Part shown: positions 1-9,785 of the stretch, piece after piece
Position numbering within the stretch: position 1 is the first letter of the stretch
How the letters are laid out: each line of letters begins with the position of its first letter
NCBI GenBank assembly: GCA_002707205.1
Contig: PAMH01000004.1
Span: 12,776-76,775 of the forward strand
Length of the DNA stretch: 64,000 nt
Reading direction: 5' to 3'
From: Legionellales bacterium
Lineage (GTDB): Bacteria > Pseudomonadota > Gammaproteobacteria > UBA1113
The notes under the pieces: model-generated
The model's database searches: none
What the model was told of the DNA's origin: nothing
What the model saw: the letters and a program-made list of their open reading frames with translations, nothing else
Translations under genes and position numbers: made by a program

Positions 1-352
1 GGTCACTATTGATACAAAAGCGCCTTGTTTACTGTTATACCCATTGCCAGAATGGGAGCTTATAGAACAAAAGCTGGCAGCATTGCCCAGTTTTAATGAA
101 GCGGCTAGACGGATACAACGATTATTAATTGGTCATGCAACGGAACTGGATATCGATAATAATGGCCGAGTTTTATTACCTACTGTATTGCGAACTTATG
201 CCAATTTAGATAAAAAAATTGTTCTCGTTGGTCAAGGAAAGAAGTTTGAAATATGGTGCCATGATGCATGGGAACAGGCAAGAGGGAATTGGTTAGATTT
301 AGCAAAAACGGAAGATAAACTTCCAGATGAATTAACAACTTTGGCTTTATAG
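1..352 (+). CDS. mraZ: Transcriptional regulator MraZ, 5'-truncated by window edge (frame open to position 2)
   Basis: C-terminal half of MraZ (DxxGRxxLP motif, ...VLVGQGKKFEIW). First gene of a canonical dcw cluster, immediately followed by rsmH. Confidence 0.85.
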   Translation, partial: VTIDTKAPCLLLYPLPEWELIEQKLAALPSFNEAARRIQRLLIGHATELDIDNNGRVLLPTVLRTYANLDKKIVLVGQGKKFEIWCHDAWEQARGNWLDLAKTEDKLPDELTTLAL

Positions 353-1281
353 TGATGGAATATCAACATTTACCAGTTTTATTTGAAGAAGCATTAACTC
401 AGTTAGCAATTAAAACTGAGGGTGTCTATGTGGATGGTACGTTTGGACGCGGCGGCCATACACAGGGAATTCTCGCGCGTCTAGGAAGGCAAGGCAAGTT
501 GTATGCACTAGATAAAGATACTAGTGCAATACAACATGCCAACTCAATAATTAAGCAAGATAATTTTCAGATAGCACAGGCATCATTTAAAAATATAGAT
601 GTGGTGACGCAGCAGTGGGATATCTATGGAAAAGTAGATGGAATTTTATTGGACTTAGGTGTTTCATCACCGCAGTTAGATGAAGCTGAACGTGGCTTCA
701 GTTTTTTACGAGATGGTCCTTTGGATATGCGTATGGATACAACACAAGGAATAAGTGCAAAGCAGTGGATTAACACTGCAGGGGAAAGTGAAATTAGCAT
801 GGTTTTAAAAAATTTTGGTGAGGAAAGATTTTCAAGTAGGATCGCTCGCTCAATCGTAAATTATCGTACAGAACAAGCAATCGAAACGACATTGCAATTG
901 GCCAAAATTATTTCCGAGGCAAATCCTGCGTGGGAAAAAAGTAAACATCCTGCAACACGAAGTTTTCAAGCGATTAGAATTTACATTAATCATGAGTTAA
1001 ATGATTTAGAAATTTTTTTAGATAAGATACTCGATGTTATGGCCGTGGGTGGTCGTATTTGTATTATCAGTTTTCATTCATTAGAAGATAGAATGGTTAA
1101 ACGTTTTTTTAGAAAAGAGGCAAAAGGTGATGATTATCCAAAACATCTACCTATCAGACAAGCAGAGTTAAATCCTAAACTGCGTATTATTGGCAAAGAC
1201 ATTAGAGCTTCTGCCAAAGAGTATGCACAAAATATTAGATCACGTAGTGCCATCATGAGAGTAGCGGAGAAAATAGCATGA
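352..1281 (+). CDS. rsmH: 16S rRNA (cytosine1402-N4)-methyltransferase RsmH/MraW
   Basis: 309 aa. HLPVLxxE, GTFGRGGH and DLGVSSPQLD motifs typical of MraW. Located between mraZ and ftsL. Confidence 0.9.
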   Translation: MMEYQHLPVLFEEALTQLAIKTEGVYVDGTFGRGGHTQGILARLGRQGKLYALDKDTSAIQHANSIIKQDNFQIAQASFKNIDVVTQQWDIYGKVDGILLDLGVSSPQLDEAERGFSFLRDGPLDMRMDTTQGISAKQWINTAGESEISMVLKNFGEERFSSRIARSIVNYRTEQAIETTLQLAKIISEANPAWEKSKHPATRSFQAIRIYINHELNDLEIFLDKILDVMAVGGRICIISFHSLEDRMVKRFFRKEAKGDDYPKHLPIRQAELNPKLRIIGKDIRASAKEYAQNIRSRSAIMRVAEKIA

Positions 1282-1607
1282 ATGCAATTAGTAAGGCAGG
1301 AACATCAGGTATCGCTTGGCGTATTAGTTTGCCATATATTTCAAGAGTAAATTTACTTGTAATATCTTTATTGATTTTTTCTGTCATTTCTGCCTTTGCG
1401 GTCATTTATTGTCGCGATTTGAGCCGTCAGATGACAAGTGACATGCAAAGTTTACAATATCAAACTGCAAAGCTAACATTACAACACAATCAACTATTAG
1501 TTGAACAAAGCTCGTTATCTACAGATCAGCGGGTTGCTATGATTGCTAATAATCAATTAAATATGCAAGCACCTGCTGCGAAAAATGTAGTAATGGTTAG
1601 AACGTGA
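1278..1607 (+). CDS. ftsL: Cell division protein FtsL
   Basis: 109 aa, single TM helix followed by a coiled-coil. Start overlaps rsmH stop by 4 nt (ATGA). Position between rsmH and ftsI. Confidence 0.7.
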   Translation: MNAISKAGTSGIAWRISLPYISRVNLLVISLLIFSVISAFAVIYCRDLSRQMTSDMQSLQYQTAKLTLQHNQLLVEQSSLSTDQRVAMIANNQLNMQAPAAKNVVMVRT

Positions 1608-3292
1608 ATCTAACGGATAAAAGAAGAATATCGCTACGATATAAGCTATTACTGATGGTATTGTTTCTTTTATTCATTATTTTAACAGGAAGAATGATTC
1701 AACTGACACTATTTGATCATACTTTTTTGGAAAAGCAAGGTAATGCTCGCGCTTTACGAGTGGTCTCGTTACCGGCTTATCGTGGTATGATTACAGATAG
1801 AAATGGTGAACCATTGGCTGTTAGTGTGCCGGTCAAATCAATTTGGATAAATCCCAAAAATTTTTCTATTAATAGCCAACATGTTAAAGAGCTTTTAACA
1901 TTATTAAATGAAAATAAAAAAACATTAAAGCATGAAATCGATAAACATAATCAAAAAGAATTTTTATATTTAAAGAGAAATTTATCACCAGATATCGCTA
2001 ATAAAATTTTAGCGTTAAAAATAAAAGGTGTACATGCAGTTGATGGTTATCAACGCTACTATCCTCAAGCAAATATCATTGCCCCAGTTATAGGTTTTAC
2101 AAACATAGATGATCAAGGACAGGAAGGAATGGAGTTATTGTATAATCAATGGCTCAATGGTACGCCAGGTAAAGAATTGGTTGTCAAAGATCTTTATGGA
2201 CACGTGGTTGCAATTAAAGGTGACGTACGTTCTGCAAAACCAGGGAAAAATATTACCTTGAGTATTGATAGTCGATCTCAATATCAAGCTTATAGACAAT
2301 TAAAAAAGGCAGTTGAATTAAGACAGGCAAAATCAGCAAGCATGGTTGTATTGGATGTAAAAACGGGTGAAGTTTTAGTTATGGCAAATTATCCGTCATA
2401 TAATCCGAATTCTCATGACAAAAAAAGTACTGCAAATTATAGAAACCGCGCAGTAACAGACGTTTTTGAACCTGGTTCAACGATTAAAACTTTTGCGGTG
2501 ATTAATGCGTTAGACAGCGGAAAATATCAACCTAATAGTATCATTAATACATCACCAGGATGGATGTATCTTGATGGTAAGCGCGTACATGATGAAATCA
2601 ATAATGGTAAAATTGATATTACAACCATTTTACAACGTTCGAGTAATATGGGAGTCACTAAGCTAACCCTTTCATTGCCTCCAGATAGTTTATGGCAGCT
2701 GCTACGAAAGATGGGTTTTGGGCAACGTACAGATTCAGCATTTCCAGGTGAATCAGATGGTGAATTACCATACTTAAATCCTTGGCCCAAAATTACATTA
2801 GCAACCATGTCTTTTGGTTACGGTTTATCTGTAACAACTTTACAATTAGCAGGGGCATATGCAACGATTGCCAATAATGGTATTAAACTACCAATTACAT
2901 TGCTTAAAAATCCGCAATCTCAAAGTCATTCTGGTAAGCAATTAATTCAGCCGCGAGTTGCACATGAAATTTTAGATATGTTGCAAAGTGTAGTTACTAA
3001 AAATGGTACTGGCCGCTTAGCAAAAATTCCGGGTTATAAGGTAAGTGGTAAAACAGGAACAGTGAGAATTGTTGGTTCACATGGATATGAAAAAAATCAT
3101 CATAATGCAATTTTTGTTGGGATGGTACCTGAGAGCAATCCTCGGTTTGTTGCAGCTATCATTGTACGTGATCCAACTAAAGGCAGTTACTATGGTGGTA
3201 GCGTAGCCGCTCCTATATTCTCAACAGTGATGGCAAAAATTTTAAGAGATTATAATATTGCACCTGATAATATTAATATATCAAACGGATAA
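1604..3292 (+). CDS. ftsI: Peptidoglycan D,D-transpeptidase FtsI (PBP3)
   Basis: 562 aa. N-terminal TM anchor. Transpeptidase motifs STIK (SXXK), SSN (SXN) and KTGT (KTG). Confidence 0.9.
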   Translation: MNLTDKRRISLRYKLLLMVLFLLFIILTGRMIQLTLFDHTFLEKQGNARALRVVSLPAYRGMITDRNGEPLAVSVPVKSIWINPKNFSINSQHVKELLTLLNENKKTLKHEIDKHNQKEFLYLKRNLSPDIANKILALKIKGVHAVDGYQRYYPQANIIAPVIGFTNIDDQGQEGMELLYNQWLNGTPGKELVVKDLYGHVVAIKGDVRSAKPGKNITLSIDSRSQYQAYRQLKKAVELRQAKSASMVVLDVKTGEVLVMANYPSYNPNSHDKKSTANYRNRAVTDVFEPGSTIKTFAVINALDSGKYQPNSIINTSPGWMYLDGKRVHDEINNGKIDITTILQRSSNMGVTKLTLSLPPDSLWQLLRKMGFGQRTDSAFPGESDGELPYLNPWPKITLATMSFGYGLSVTTLQLAGAYATIANNGIKLPITLLKNPQSQSHSGKQLIQPRVAHEILDMLQSVVTKNGTGRLAKIPGYKVSGKTGTVRIVGSHGYEKNHHNAIFVGMVPESNPRFVAAIIVRDPTKGSYYGGSVAAPIFSTVMAKILRDYNIAPDNINISNG

Positions 3293-3297
3293 ATTAT

Positions 3298-4791
3298 ATG
3301 AAATTAAAAACACTTTGTGAAAATTTTATAAAGCTGCGATCAGAAGATGAAAATATTATTGTTAAAGGTCTAGCAATTGACAGTCGCCAAGTCAAACCCG
3401 GTGATTTATTTTTTGCAGTACCAGGTTTAAAATATGATGGAATTTCATTTATACCACAAGCTGTTGCAAATGGAGCTGTTGCAATACTTTGTGAAGAATC
3501 AATGGATGTATTTAGTCAAGTAGATATAGAAACAACAGCAGGAAGAAAAGTTCCTGTTTATGCAATTTCACACTTATTATTAAAAATTGGTTCTTTTGCC
3601 GCATGTTTTTATCATAATCCTTCATCAAAAATTGAATTAATTGGCGTTACGGGTACAAATGGAAAGTCATCGATTGTTTATTTTTTGACAATGGCATTAA
3701 ATAAATTAAATAAAAAAACGGCAATGTTAGGTACATTAGGCAATGGCTATCAACAAAAATTATTGCAATCTAGCCATACTACATTGGATGCTGTCACGTT
3801 ACAAAATATCTTACACCAATTTATTGAAGATAAAGTTGCTTGTGTTGCAATGGAAGTATCATCACACGGATTATCGCAGGGACGGGTTAATGGTTGTGAT
3901 ATTGATATTGCTGTTTTTACTAATTTAACACACGAACATCTAGATTATCATGGTGATATGCATCATTATGGCCAAGCTAAACGTAAGCTTTTTCTTATGC
4001 CAAAATTACGCCATGCAATTTTTAATATTGATGATGATTTTGGGGCTAATCTTTTTCAAGAGTTTAAATCCAGCTTAACTTGTTATGCTATTAGCTTGCA
4101 TAGTACGCATATGCAAATAGATAAAAAACAGCTTATCAGTGCTAAAAATATTGAATTATCCAGTGAAGGTTTATTTTTTGATGTTAGTAGCCCATGGGGC
4201 GAGGCACGTATACATACTTCACTTTATGGTAAGTTTAATATTTTGAATTTGTTATCAACAATAGCTTGTCTAGGAATCCAAGGTTATACGTGGTCAGAGA
4301 TTCAAAACGTCATGCATGAACTGAGTGGTGTACCTGGCCGGATGCAAGTTTTACGTCAAGAAAATAAACCTGTAGCTGTTATTGATTATGCACACACGCC
4401 TGATGCATTAAAAAATGCATTGCAAGCGCTACGTCAGCATAACTTTGGTAAAATATGGTGTGTTTTTGGATGTGGTGGCGATCGCGATAGCAGTAAAAGG
4501 TCAATCATGGGTGAAATTGCAGAACAGTATGCAGATAATGTAATTATTACAAATGATAATCCTCGCACAGAAGATCCAATGATGATTGCTCAGCAAATTA
4601 AAGTTAGTATGATTGATCAACAAGTACAAATAATACTAGATAGAAAAGCTGCAATTATAAAGGCATTATCTCAGGCTAAACAAGGTGATGTGGTTTTAAT
4701 TGCTGGGAAAGGGCATGAGCAATATCAAGAGATAAATCAAGTAAAAAGTGATTTCTCAGATGAGAAAATCGTACAAGATTTTTGGTTCTAA
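3298..4791 (+). CDS. murE: UDP-N-acetylmuramoyl-L-alanyl-D-glutamate--2,6-diaminopimelate ligase
   Basis: 497 aa Mur ligase. GVTGTNGKSS P-loop. DNPR motif present, which is the meso-DAP-adding type. Confidence 0.9.
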   Translation: MKLKTLCENFIKLRSEDENIIVKGLAIDSRQVKPGDLFFAVPGLKYDGISFIPQAVANGAVAILCEESMDVFSQVDIETTAGRKVPVYAISHLLLKIGSFAACFYHNPSSKIELIGVTGTNGKSSIVYFLTMALNKLNKKTAMLGTLGNGYQQKLLQSSHTTLDAVTLQNILHQFIEDKVACVAMEVSSHGLSQGRVNGCDIDIAVFTNLTHEHLDYHGDMHHYGQAKRKLFLMPKLRHAIFNIDDDFGANLFQEFKSSLTCYAISLHSTHMQIDKKQLISAKNIELSSEGLFFDVSSPWGEARIHTSLYGKFNILNLLSTIACLGIQGYTWSEIQNVMHELSGVPGRMQVLRQENKPVAVIDYAHTPDALKNALQALRQHNFGKIWCVFGCGGDRDSSKRSIMGEIAEQYADNVIITNDNPRTEDPMMIAQQIKVSMIDQQVQIILDRKAAIIKALSQAKQGDVVLIAGKGHEQYQEINQVKSDFSDEKIVQDFWF

Positions 4792-4807
4792 ATATTGAGG
4801 ATATACG

Positions 4808-6151
4808 ATGATAACATCTAAATTGTCTATGGTTTGTAAAACTTTGAATGCTGAATTCTTTGGTAAAGATGTTCAATTTACGGGTGTGAGCATTGATAGT
4901 AGAACAATTAACAATAACAATTTATTTTTTGCAATTGTAGGGGAAAATAATGATGGGCATATATTTGTAGAAGATGCTATAAAAAATGGTGCAGCCGCAA
5001 TTATTGTAAATCGTAGGTTAGATATAAAAATTCCACAATTAATTGTTAAAGATACAAGAATTGCATTAGGCGAATTGGCTCGTGATTATCGTGCACAATT
5101 TAAGCAACCCATTATTGCACTAACAGGAAGCTGTGGTAAAACAACAACCAAAATGTTAATTACCCAGATTTTAAAGACACTTGGTTCAGTAAATACTACA
5201 GTTGGTAATTTAAATAATGACTATGGCGTACCATTGACACTTCTATCTATGGACTTGCAGGCAAAATTTGCTGTCATTGAAATGGGTGCAAACCATCCCA
5301 AAGAAATAGCTTATCTTACACATATTGTTCAACCAGATGTTGCAATGATTACTAATGCTGGCCCTGTGCATTTAGAGGGTTTTAAAAGCATTCAAGGTGT
5401 TGCTGAAAGTAAAGGTGAAATTTATCAAGGATTAAATGCAAATGGCATTGCTTTAATTAATTTGGATGATAAATTTTCTGATTATTGGATTTCGATTAAT
5501 GTTGGAACACGTTATTTAACTTTCGGTTTTAATCCCTCTGCAGATATTTATATTTCTAATATACAGACTTTAACTGAGAATCAGAGTCAGTTTAAATTAC
5601 ATACGCTGCAAGGTGAATGTGAAATTCAATTTAACTTATTAGGTGAGCATAATATTCGAAATGCACTTGCTGCAGCTTGTGCTGGTATTGCATTGAATAT
5701 ACCACTAGAAAAAATTAAACGAGGATTGGAAAGTGCTGTTGCAGTAGATAAAAGATTTGTTGAAAAAATAACCAAGGATGGTGGGAAAATTATTGATGAC
5801 ACCTATAATGCGAATCCTCTTGCAATGGAAATGGCACTTAAGTTTTTAAGTCAAAAATCTGGCGAACGTTTGTTGATTGTAGGCGATATGGGAGAATTGG
5901 GAGACGAAAGTATTTATTATCACCAAGAATTGGGGCGACAAGCTAAGGAATATGGCATAAATAAGTTATATGCTATTGGTGAATTTACGCAGCATACGGT
6001 AAAATCGTTCGGTGAACAGGGTTTTCACTTTATTGATCATAATGCAATGCTTAAGGCATTAGAGCAACAAGTGAATAAAAATACAACGGTTTTAGTCAAA
6101 GGCTCTCGTAGTGCACGCATGGAAAGAATTGTGGATGCATTATTAGCCTAG
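4808..6151 (+). CDS. murF: UDP-N-acetylmuramoyl-tripeptide--D-alanyl-D-alanine ligase
   Basis: 447 aa Mur ligase with TGSCGKTTTK P-loop. Gene order murE-murF-mraY. Confidence 0.9.
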   Translation: MITSKLSMVCKTLNAEFFGKDVQFTGVSIDSRTINNNNLFFAIVGENNDGHIFVEDAIKNGAAAIIVNRRLDIKIPQLIVKDTRIALGELARDYRAQFKQPIIALTGSCGKTTTKMLITQILKTLGSVNTTVGNLNNDYGVPLTLLSMDLQAKFAVIEMGANHPKEIAYLTHIVQPDVAMITNAGPVHLEGFKSIQGVAESKGEIYQGLNANGIALINLDDKFSDYWISINVGTRYLTFGFNPSADIYISNIQTLTENQSQFKLHTLQGECEIQFNLLGEHNIRNALAAACAGIALNIPLEKIKRGLESAVAVDKRFVEKITKDGGKIIDDTYNANPLAMEMALKFLSQKSGERLLIVGDMGELGDESIYYHQELGRQAKEYGINKLYAIGEFTQHTVKSFGEQGFHFIDHNAMLKALEQQVNKNTTVLVKGSRSARMERIVDALLA

Positions 6152-6163
6152 GGGTTTATATTT

Positions 6164-7246
6164 ATGCTTTATTGGTTAATGCAACTTCTTGAAAAAGTGC
6201 ATCATAATTTTGCTGTCTTTCACTACATTAGTCTCCGCGCTATTTTTGCTGCATTAACCGCATTGATTGTTTCATTGCTTTTTGGCCCTAAAATGATTCG
6301 TTATTTAACACGGTTAAAAGTCGGGCAAACCGTTAGAGATGATGGACCTCAAACACATTTAATCAAATCTGGCACGCCGACAATGGGCGGAATCTTAATT
6401 TTATTTTCTATTATTGTTAGTGTGTTACTTTGGGGTGATTTAACTAATCAGTATGTTTGGTTAATCTTGTTGGTTACAACGAGTTTTGGTGCGATAGGAT
6501 TAGTTGATGATTACCGAAAACTTGTTTTAAAAGATCCTAAAGGTCTTCCAGCACACTGGAAATACTTTTGGCAATCTGTTGTAGGATTAATGGCAGCTTG
6601 TTATTTGTATTTTTCAGCGGGTTCTATCGTGGATACACAATTAATTGTTCCTTTTTTTAAAAATATTAATATTAATTTGGGCGTAGGTTTTATTGTTTTA
6701 TCCTATTTTGTAATTGTTGGAGCAAGTAATGCCGTAAATTTAACCGATGGGTTAGATGGTTTAGCAACCTTACCCACGGTTTTAGTTGGTGGTGCACTTG
6801 GGATTTTTGCTTACGTAACAGGTAATTTTAATTTTGCAAAATATTTAATTATTCCCTATGTACCAGGTGTTGGGGAAGTTGCTGTATTTTGTTCTGCTTT
6901 AGTGGGTGCCGGTTTAGGATTTCTTTGGTTCAATACATATCCAGCACAAGTTTTTATGGGAGATGTCGGTTCATTAGCATTAGGCGCTGCACTTGGTATT
7001 GTTGCAATTATTGTTCGACAAGAACTGATATTATTTATCATGGGTGGTATTTTTGTTGCAGAAACAGTCTCAGTGATAATACAAGTTTTTTACTATAAAT
7101 TGACCAAGAAGCGTATTTTTAAAATGGCGCCGCTTCATCATCATTTTGAATTATCGGGTTGGGCTGAACCAAAAGTCATTGTGCGATTTTGGATTATTAC
7201 TTTTATTCTTGTTTTACTTGGATTATCAACGCTAAAGCTACGGTAG
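6164..7246 (+). CDS. mraY: Phospho-N-acetylmuramoyl-pentapeptide transferase
   Basis: 360 aa polytopic membrane protein. [12 protein letters not shown] and [10 protein letters not shown] motifs of MraY. Confidence 0.9.
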   Translation: MLYWLMQLLEKVHHNFAVFHYISLRAIFAALTALIVSLLFGPKMIRYLTRLKVGQTVRDDGPQTHLIKSGTPTMGGILILFSIIVSVLLWGDLTNQYVWLILLVTTSFGAIGLVDDYRKLVLKDPKGLPAHWKYFWQSVVGLMAACYLYFSAGSIVDTQLIVPFFKNININLGVGFIVLSYFVIVGASNAVNLTDGLDGLATLPTVLVGGALGIFAYVTGNFNFAKYLIIPYVPGVGEVAVFCSALVGAGLGFLWFNTYPAQVFMGDVGSLALGAALGIVAIIVRQELILFIMGGIFVAETVSVIIQVFYYKLTKKRIFKMAPLHHHFELSGWAEPKVIVRFWIITFILVLLGLSTLKLR

Positions 7247-7259
7247 AGGTAATAATCAA

Positions 7260-8621
7260 ATGCAATTAAATCAATATAAAAATATCGTTATTCTGGGTAT
7301 GGGAAAAACAGGATTTTCATGCGCTAAATTTTTAGTGCAACAGCATATTGATTTTGTTATTAATGATAGCCGCGAGCAGCCGCCAATGTTATCAGATTTA
7401 TTAGCTATTCAAAAAGCTGAACATATATATACGGGTGGTTTTAAGCGAGAATTGATTTTAAATGCTGATTTAATTATTTTGAGTCAAGGTATATCGTTAC
7501 AAACTGCTTTATTGATAGAAGCAAGAAAAAATAATATTAAAATGATCAATGAGGTTGATTTATTTACTACTTATGCAACAGCACCAATTATTGCAATTAC
7601 TGGCTCTAATGCTAAGAGTACTGTTACGACGTTAGTTGGACATATATTAAAACATGCAGGGCTAAAAGTACTCGTTGGTGGAAATATTGGTATTCCGTTA
7701 CTGGAGCTTCTGGCGCAACCTGAACCTGACTATTATGTATTAGAACTATCAAATTTTCAGTTAGAATTGACGCATAACTTAAATGCAAAAATTGCTTGCG
7801 TTTTAAATTTATCACCTGATCACTTAGATCGTTATGAAAATTATGCTGCTTATGTTGCAGCAAAAAAACGTATTTATTGTGAAGCTGAAATTGCTGTTTA
7901 TAATTTAGATGATAAGTTAACTTATCCCGAATACCCATGCCGCACTCAAACATTTTCATTAACACAAAATACAATGGGATTTCATTTGTTAGAAACAAAA
8001 AGTGGGATCTATTTAGCTAAAGATAAAGAAGTTTATATATTAGCAACAATATTAAAACTCAAAGGAAAACATAATTGGGAAAATGCTTTATCGGCATCAG
8101 CAATTGCTTATGAAGTGGGAATATCATTGAAAATTATTGGACAGGCATTAATAAATTTTACTGGTTTATTTCATCGTTGTCAGTGGGTTGCGACACACCG
8201 AGGTATAGAATGGTTTAATGATTCAAAAGGGACTAATATTGGTGCAACACATGCTGCTATTTTAGGGTTAGGATCTTGTTGTCAAGGGAAATTAATTCTC
8301 ATTCTTGGCGGTCAAAGTAAGGGCGCTGATTTTCAGCCATTAATCTCGCCAATTAAAAAATACGTAAAGCAGGTGATAATTTTGGGAGAAGATGCCTTAA
8401 AAATTAATAATACACTAAAATCACACACAATCATTACCTTAGTTTCAGATCTTGAAGAAGCTGTTTCATTTGCACTAAAGTTGAGTGAGGCTGGCGATAT
8501 TGTTTTATTTTCTCCTGCGTGTGCGAGTTTTGATATGTTTAATAATTTTGAACATCGAGGACAAGTATATATGGATAGGGTCAAGGAGTTAATTGCGCAT
8601 GACTGTTGTAGCGATGTCTAA
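7260..8621 (+). CDS. murD: UDP-N-acetylmuramoylalanine--D-glutamate ligase
   Basis: 453 aa. ITGSNAKSTVTTL P-loop. Gene order. Confidence 0.9.
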   Translation: MQLNQYKNIVILGMGKTGFSCAKFLVQQHIDFVINDSREQPPMLSDLLAIQKAEHIYTGGFKRELILNADLIILSQGISLQTALLIEARKNNIKMINEVDLFTTYATAPIIAITGSNAKSTVTTLVGHILKHAGLKVLVGGNIGIPLLELLAQPEPDYYVLELSNFQLELTHNLNAKIACVLNLSPDHLDRYENYAAYVAAKKRIYCEAEIAVYNLDDKLTYPEYPCRTQTFSLTQNTMGFHLLETKSGIYLAKDKEVYILATILKLKGKHNWENALSASAIAYEVGISLKIIGQALINFTGLFHRCQWVATHRGIEWFNDSKGTNIGATHAAILGLGSCCQGKLILILGGQSKGADFQPLISPIKKYVKQVIILGEDALKINNTLKSHTIITLVSDLEEAVSFALKLSEAGDIVLFSPACASFDMFNNFEHRGQVYMDRVKELIAHDCCSDV

Positions 8622-9741
8622 TGTAAAAGCAAATACAATTAAGCTTGATAAATGGCTGATAGGAAGTACACTTACGATTTTAATTCTTGGCTTACTCATG
8701 TTAACTTCAGCATCAATGGTGGTGTCTGAGCGTACTTACCACACTGCTTTTCATTTTTTATGGCGACAATTGATGTTCTTAGGGTTAGGCATTTTTACCA
8801 GTATTTTTATCATTAGAATGCCAGTTAAGTTTTTTGCTAAGTTAAGTCCAATACTATTAATCTTCACTTTAGTACTATTGATTTTAGTTTTAATTCCAGG
8901 TCTAGGTCGTGACGTTAATGGTAGCTCAAGATGGTTAGGCATCGGTGGATTCGGTTTTCAGGTATCTGAATTAGCAAAATTGAGTTTTTTATTATACCTG
9001 TGTGGTTATATTGCACGCCACCAACATAGTGTACAAACAACATTTATTGGCTTTGTAAAGCCATTAATCGTTTTAGGTGTATTGGGCATCTTATTATTAT
9101 TGGAACCTGATTTTGGTACCACTGTGGTTATGGCAGCTATGAGCTTAGGTGTCTTATTTATTGCAGGTGTACGTATTCGTTATTTCTTTGGCATCGTACT
9201 GCTTGCATTGCTTGGTTTTGCCGGCTTAGCAGTGACTTCTCCTTATCGTTTGCAACGCCTCACGACTTTTTTAGATCCATGGCAGCATCAATATGGTAGT
9301 GGCTATCAATTAATTCAATCATTAATAGCTTTTGGACGTAGTGGACTTACCGGCGTTGGCTTAGGTAATAGTATTCAAAAATTATTTTATTTACCTGAAG
9401 CACATACAGATTTTTTATTTGCGGTACTTGCTGAGGAAATGGGACTTTTAGGTATTTTAGCCGTAATCGTTTTATTTATTATTTTGGTTTATCGTGCAAT
9501 TCGTATCGGAAAAAAATCCCTAGATAAGCAGCAATTTTTTAATGGATATTTAGCAATAGGTCTAGGACTTTGGATCGGTCTACAAGCAATGATTAACATG
9601 GGAGTCAATGCAGGATTATTACCAACAAAAGGACTAACTTTACCCTTAATGAGTTACGGAGGAAGTAGTTTATTAATTATGTGCTGTGCTATTGCTTTTC
9701 TGATCCGTATTGATTTTGAAGAAAAAGCAAATATCACATAA
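8593..9741 (+). CDS. ftsW: Peptidoglycan glycosyltransferase / lipid II flippase FtsW (SEDS family)
   Basis: About 10 TM helices with SEDS-family motifs. ORF overlaps murD by 29 nt. The true start is probably an internal Met (position 8614). Confidence 0.85.
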   Translation: MRMTVVAMSNVKANTIKLDKWLIGSTLTILILGLLMLTSASMVVSERTYHTAFHFLWRQLMFLGLGIFTSIFIIRMPVKFFAKLSPILLIFTLVLLILVLIPGLGRDVNGSSRWLGIGGFGFQVSELAKLSFLLYLCGYIARHQHSVQTTFIGFVKPLIVLGVLGILLLLEPDFGTTVVMAAMSLGVLFIAGVRIRYFFGIVLLALLGFAGLAVTSPYRLQRLTTFLDPWQHQYGSGYQLIQSLIAFGRSGLTGVGLGNSIQKLFYLPEAHTDFLFAVLAEEMGLLGILAVIVLFIILVYRAIRIGKKSLDKQQFFNGYLAIGLGLWIGLQAMINMGVNAGLLPTKGLTLPLMSYGGSSLLIMCCAIAFLIRIDFEEKANIT

Positions 9742-9785
9742 TAATCAATGCTTTTATAATTGAATGAACTTAAAAATTTGATTAG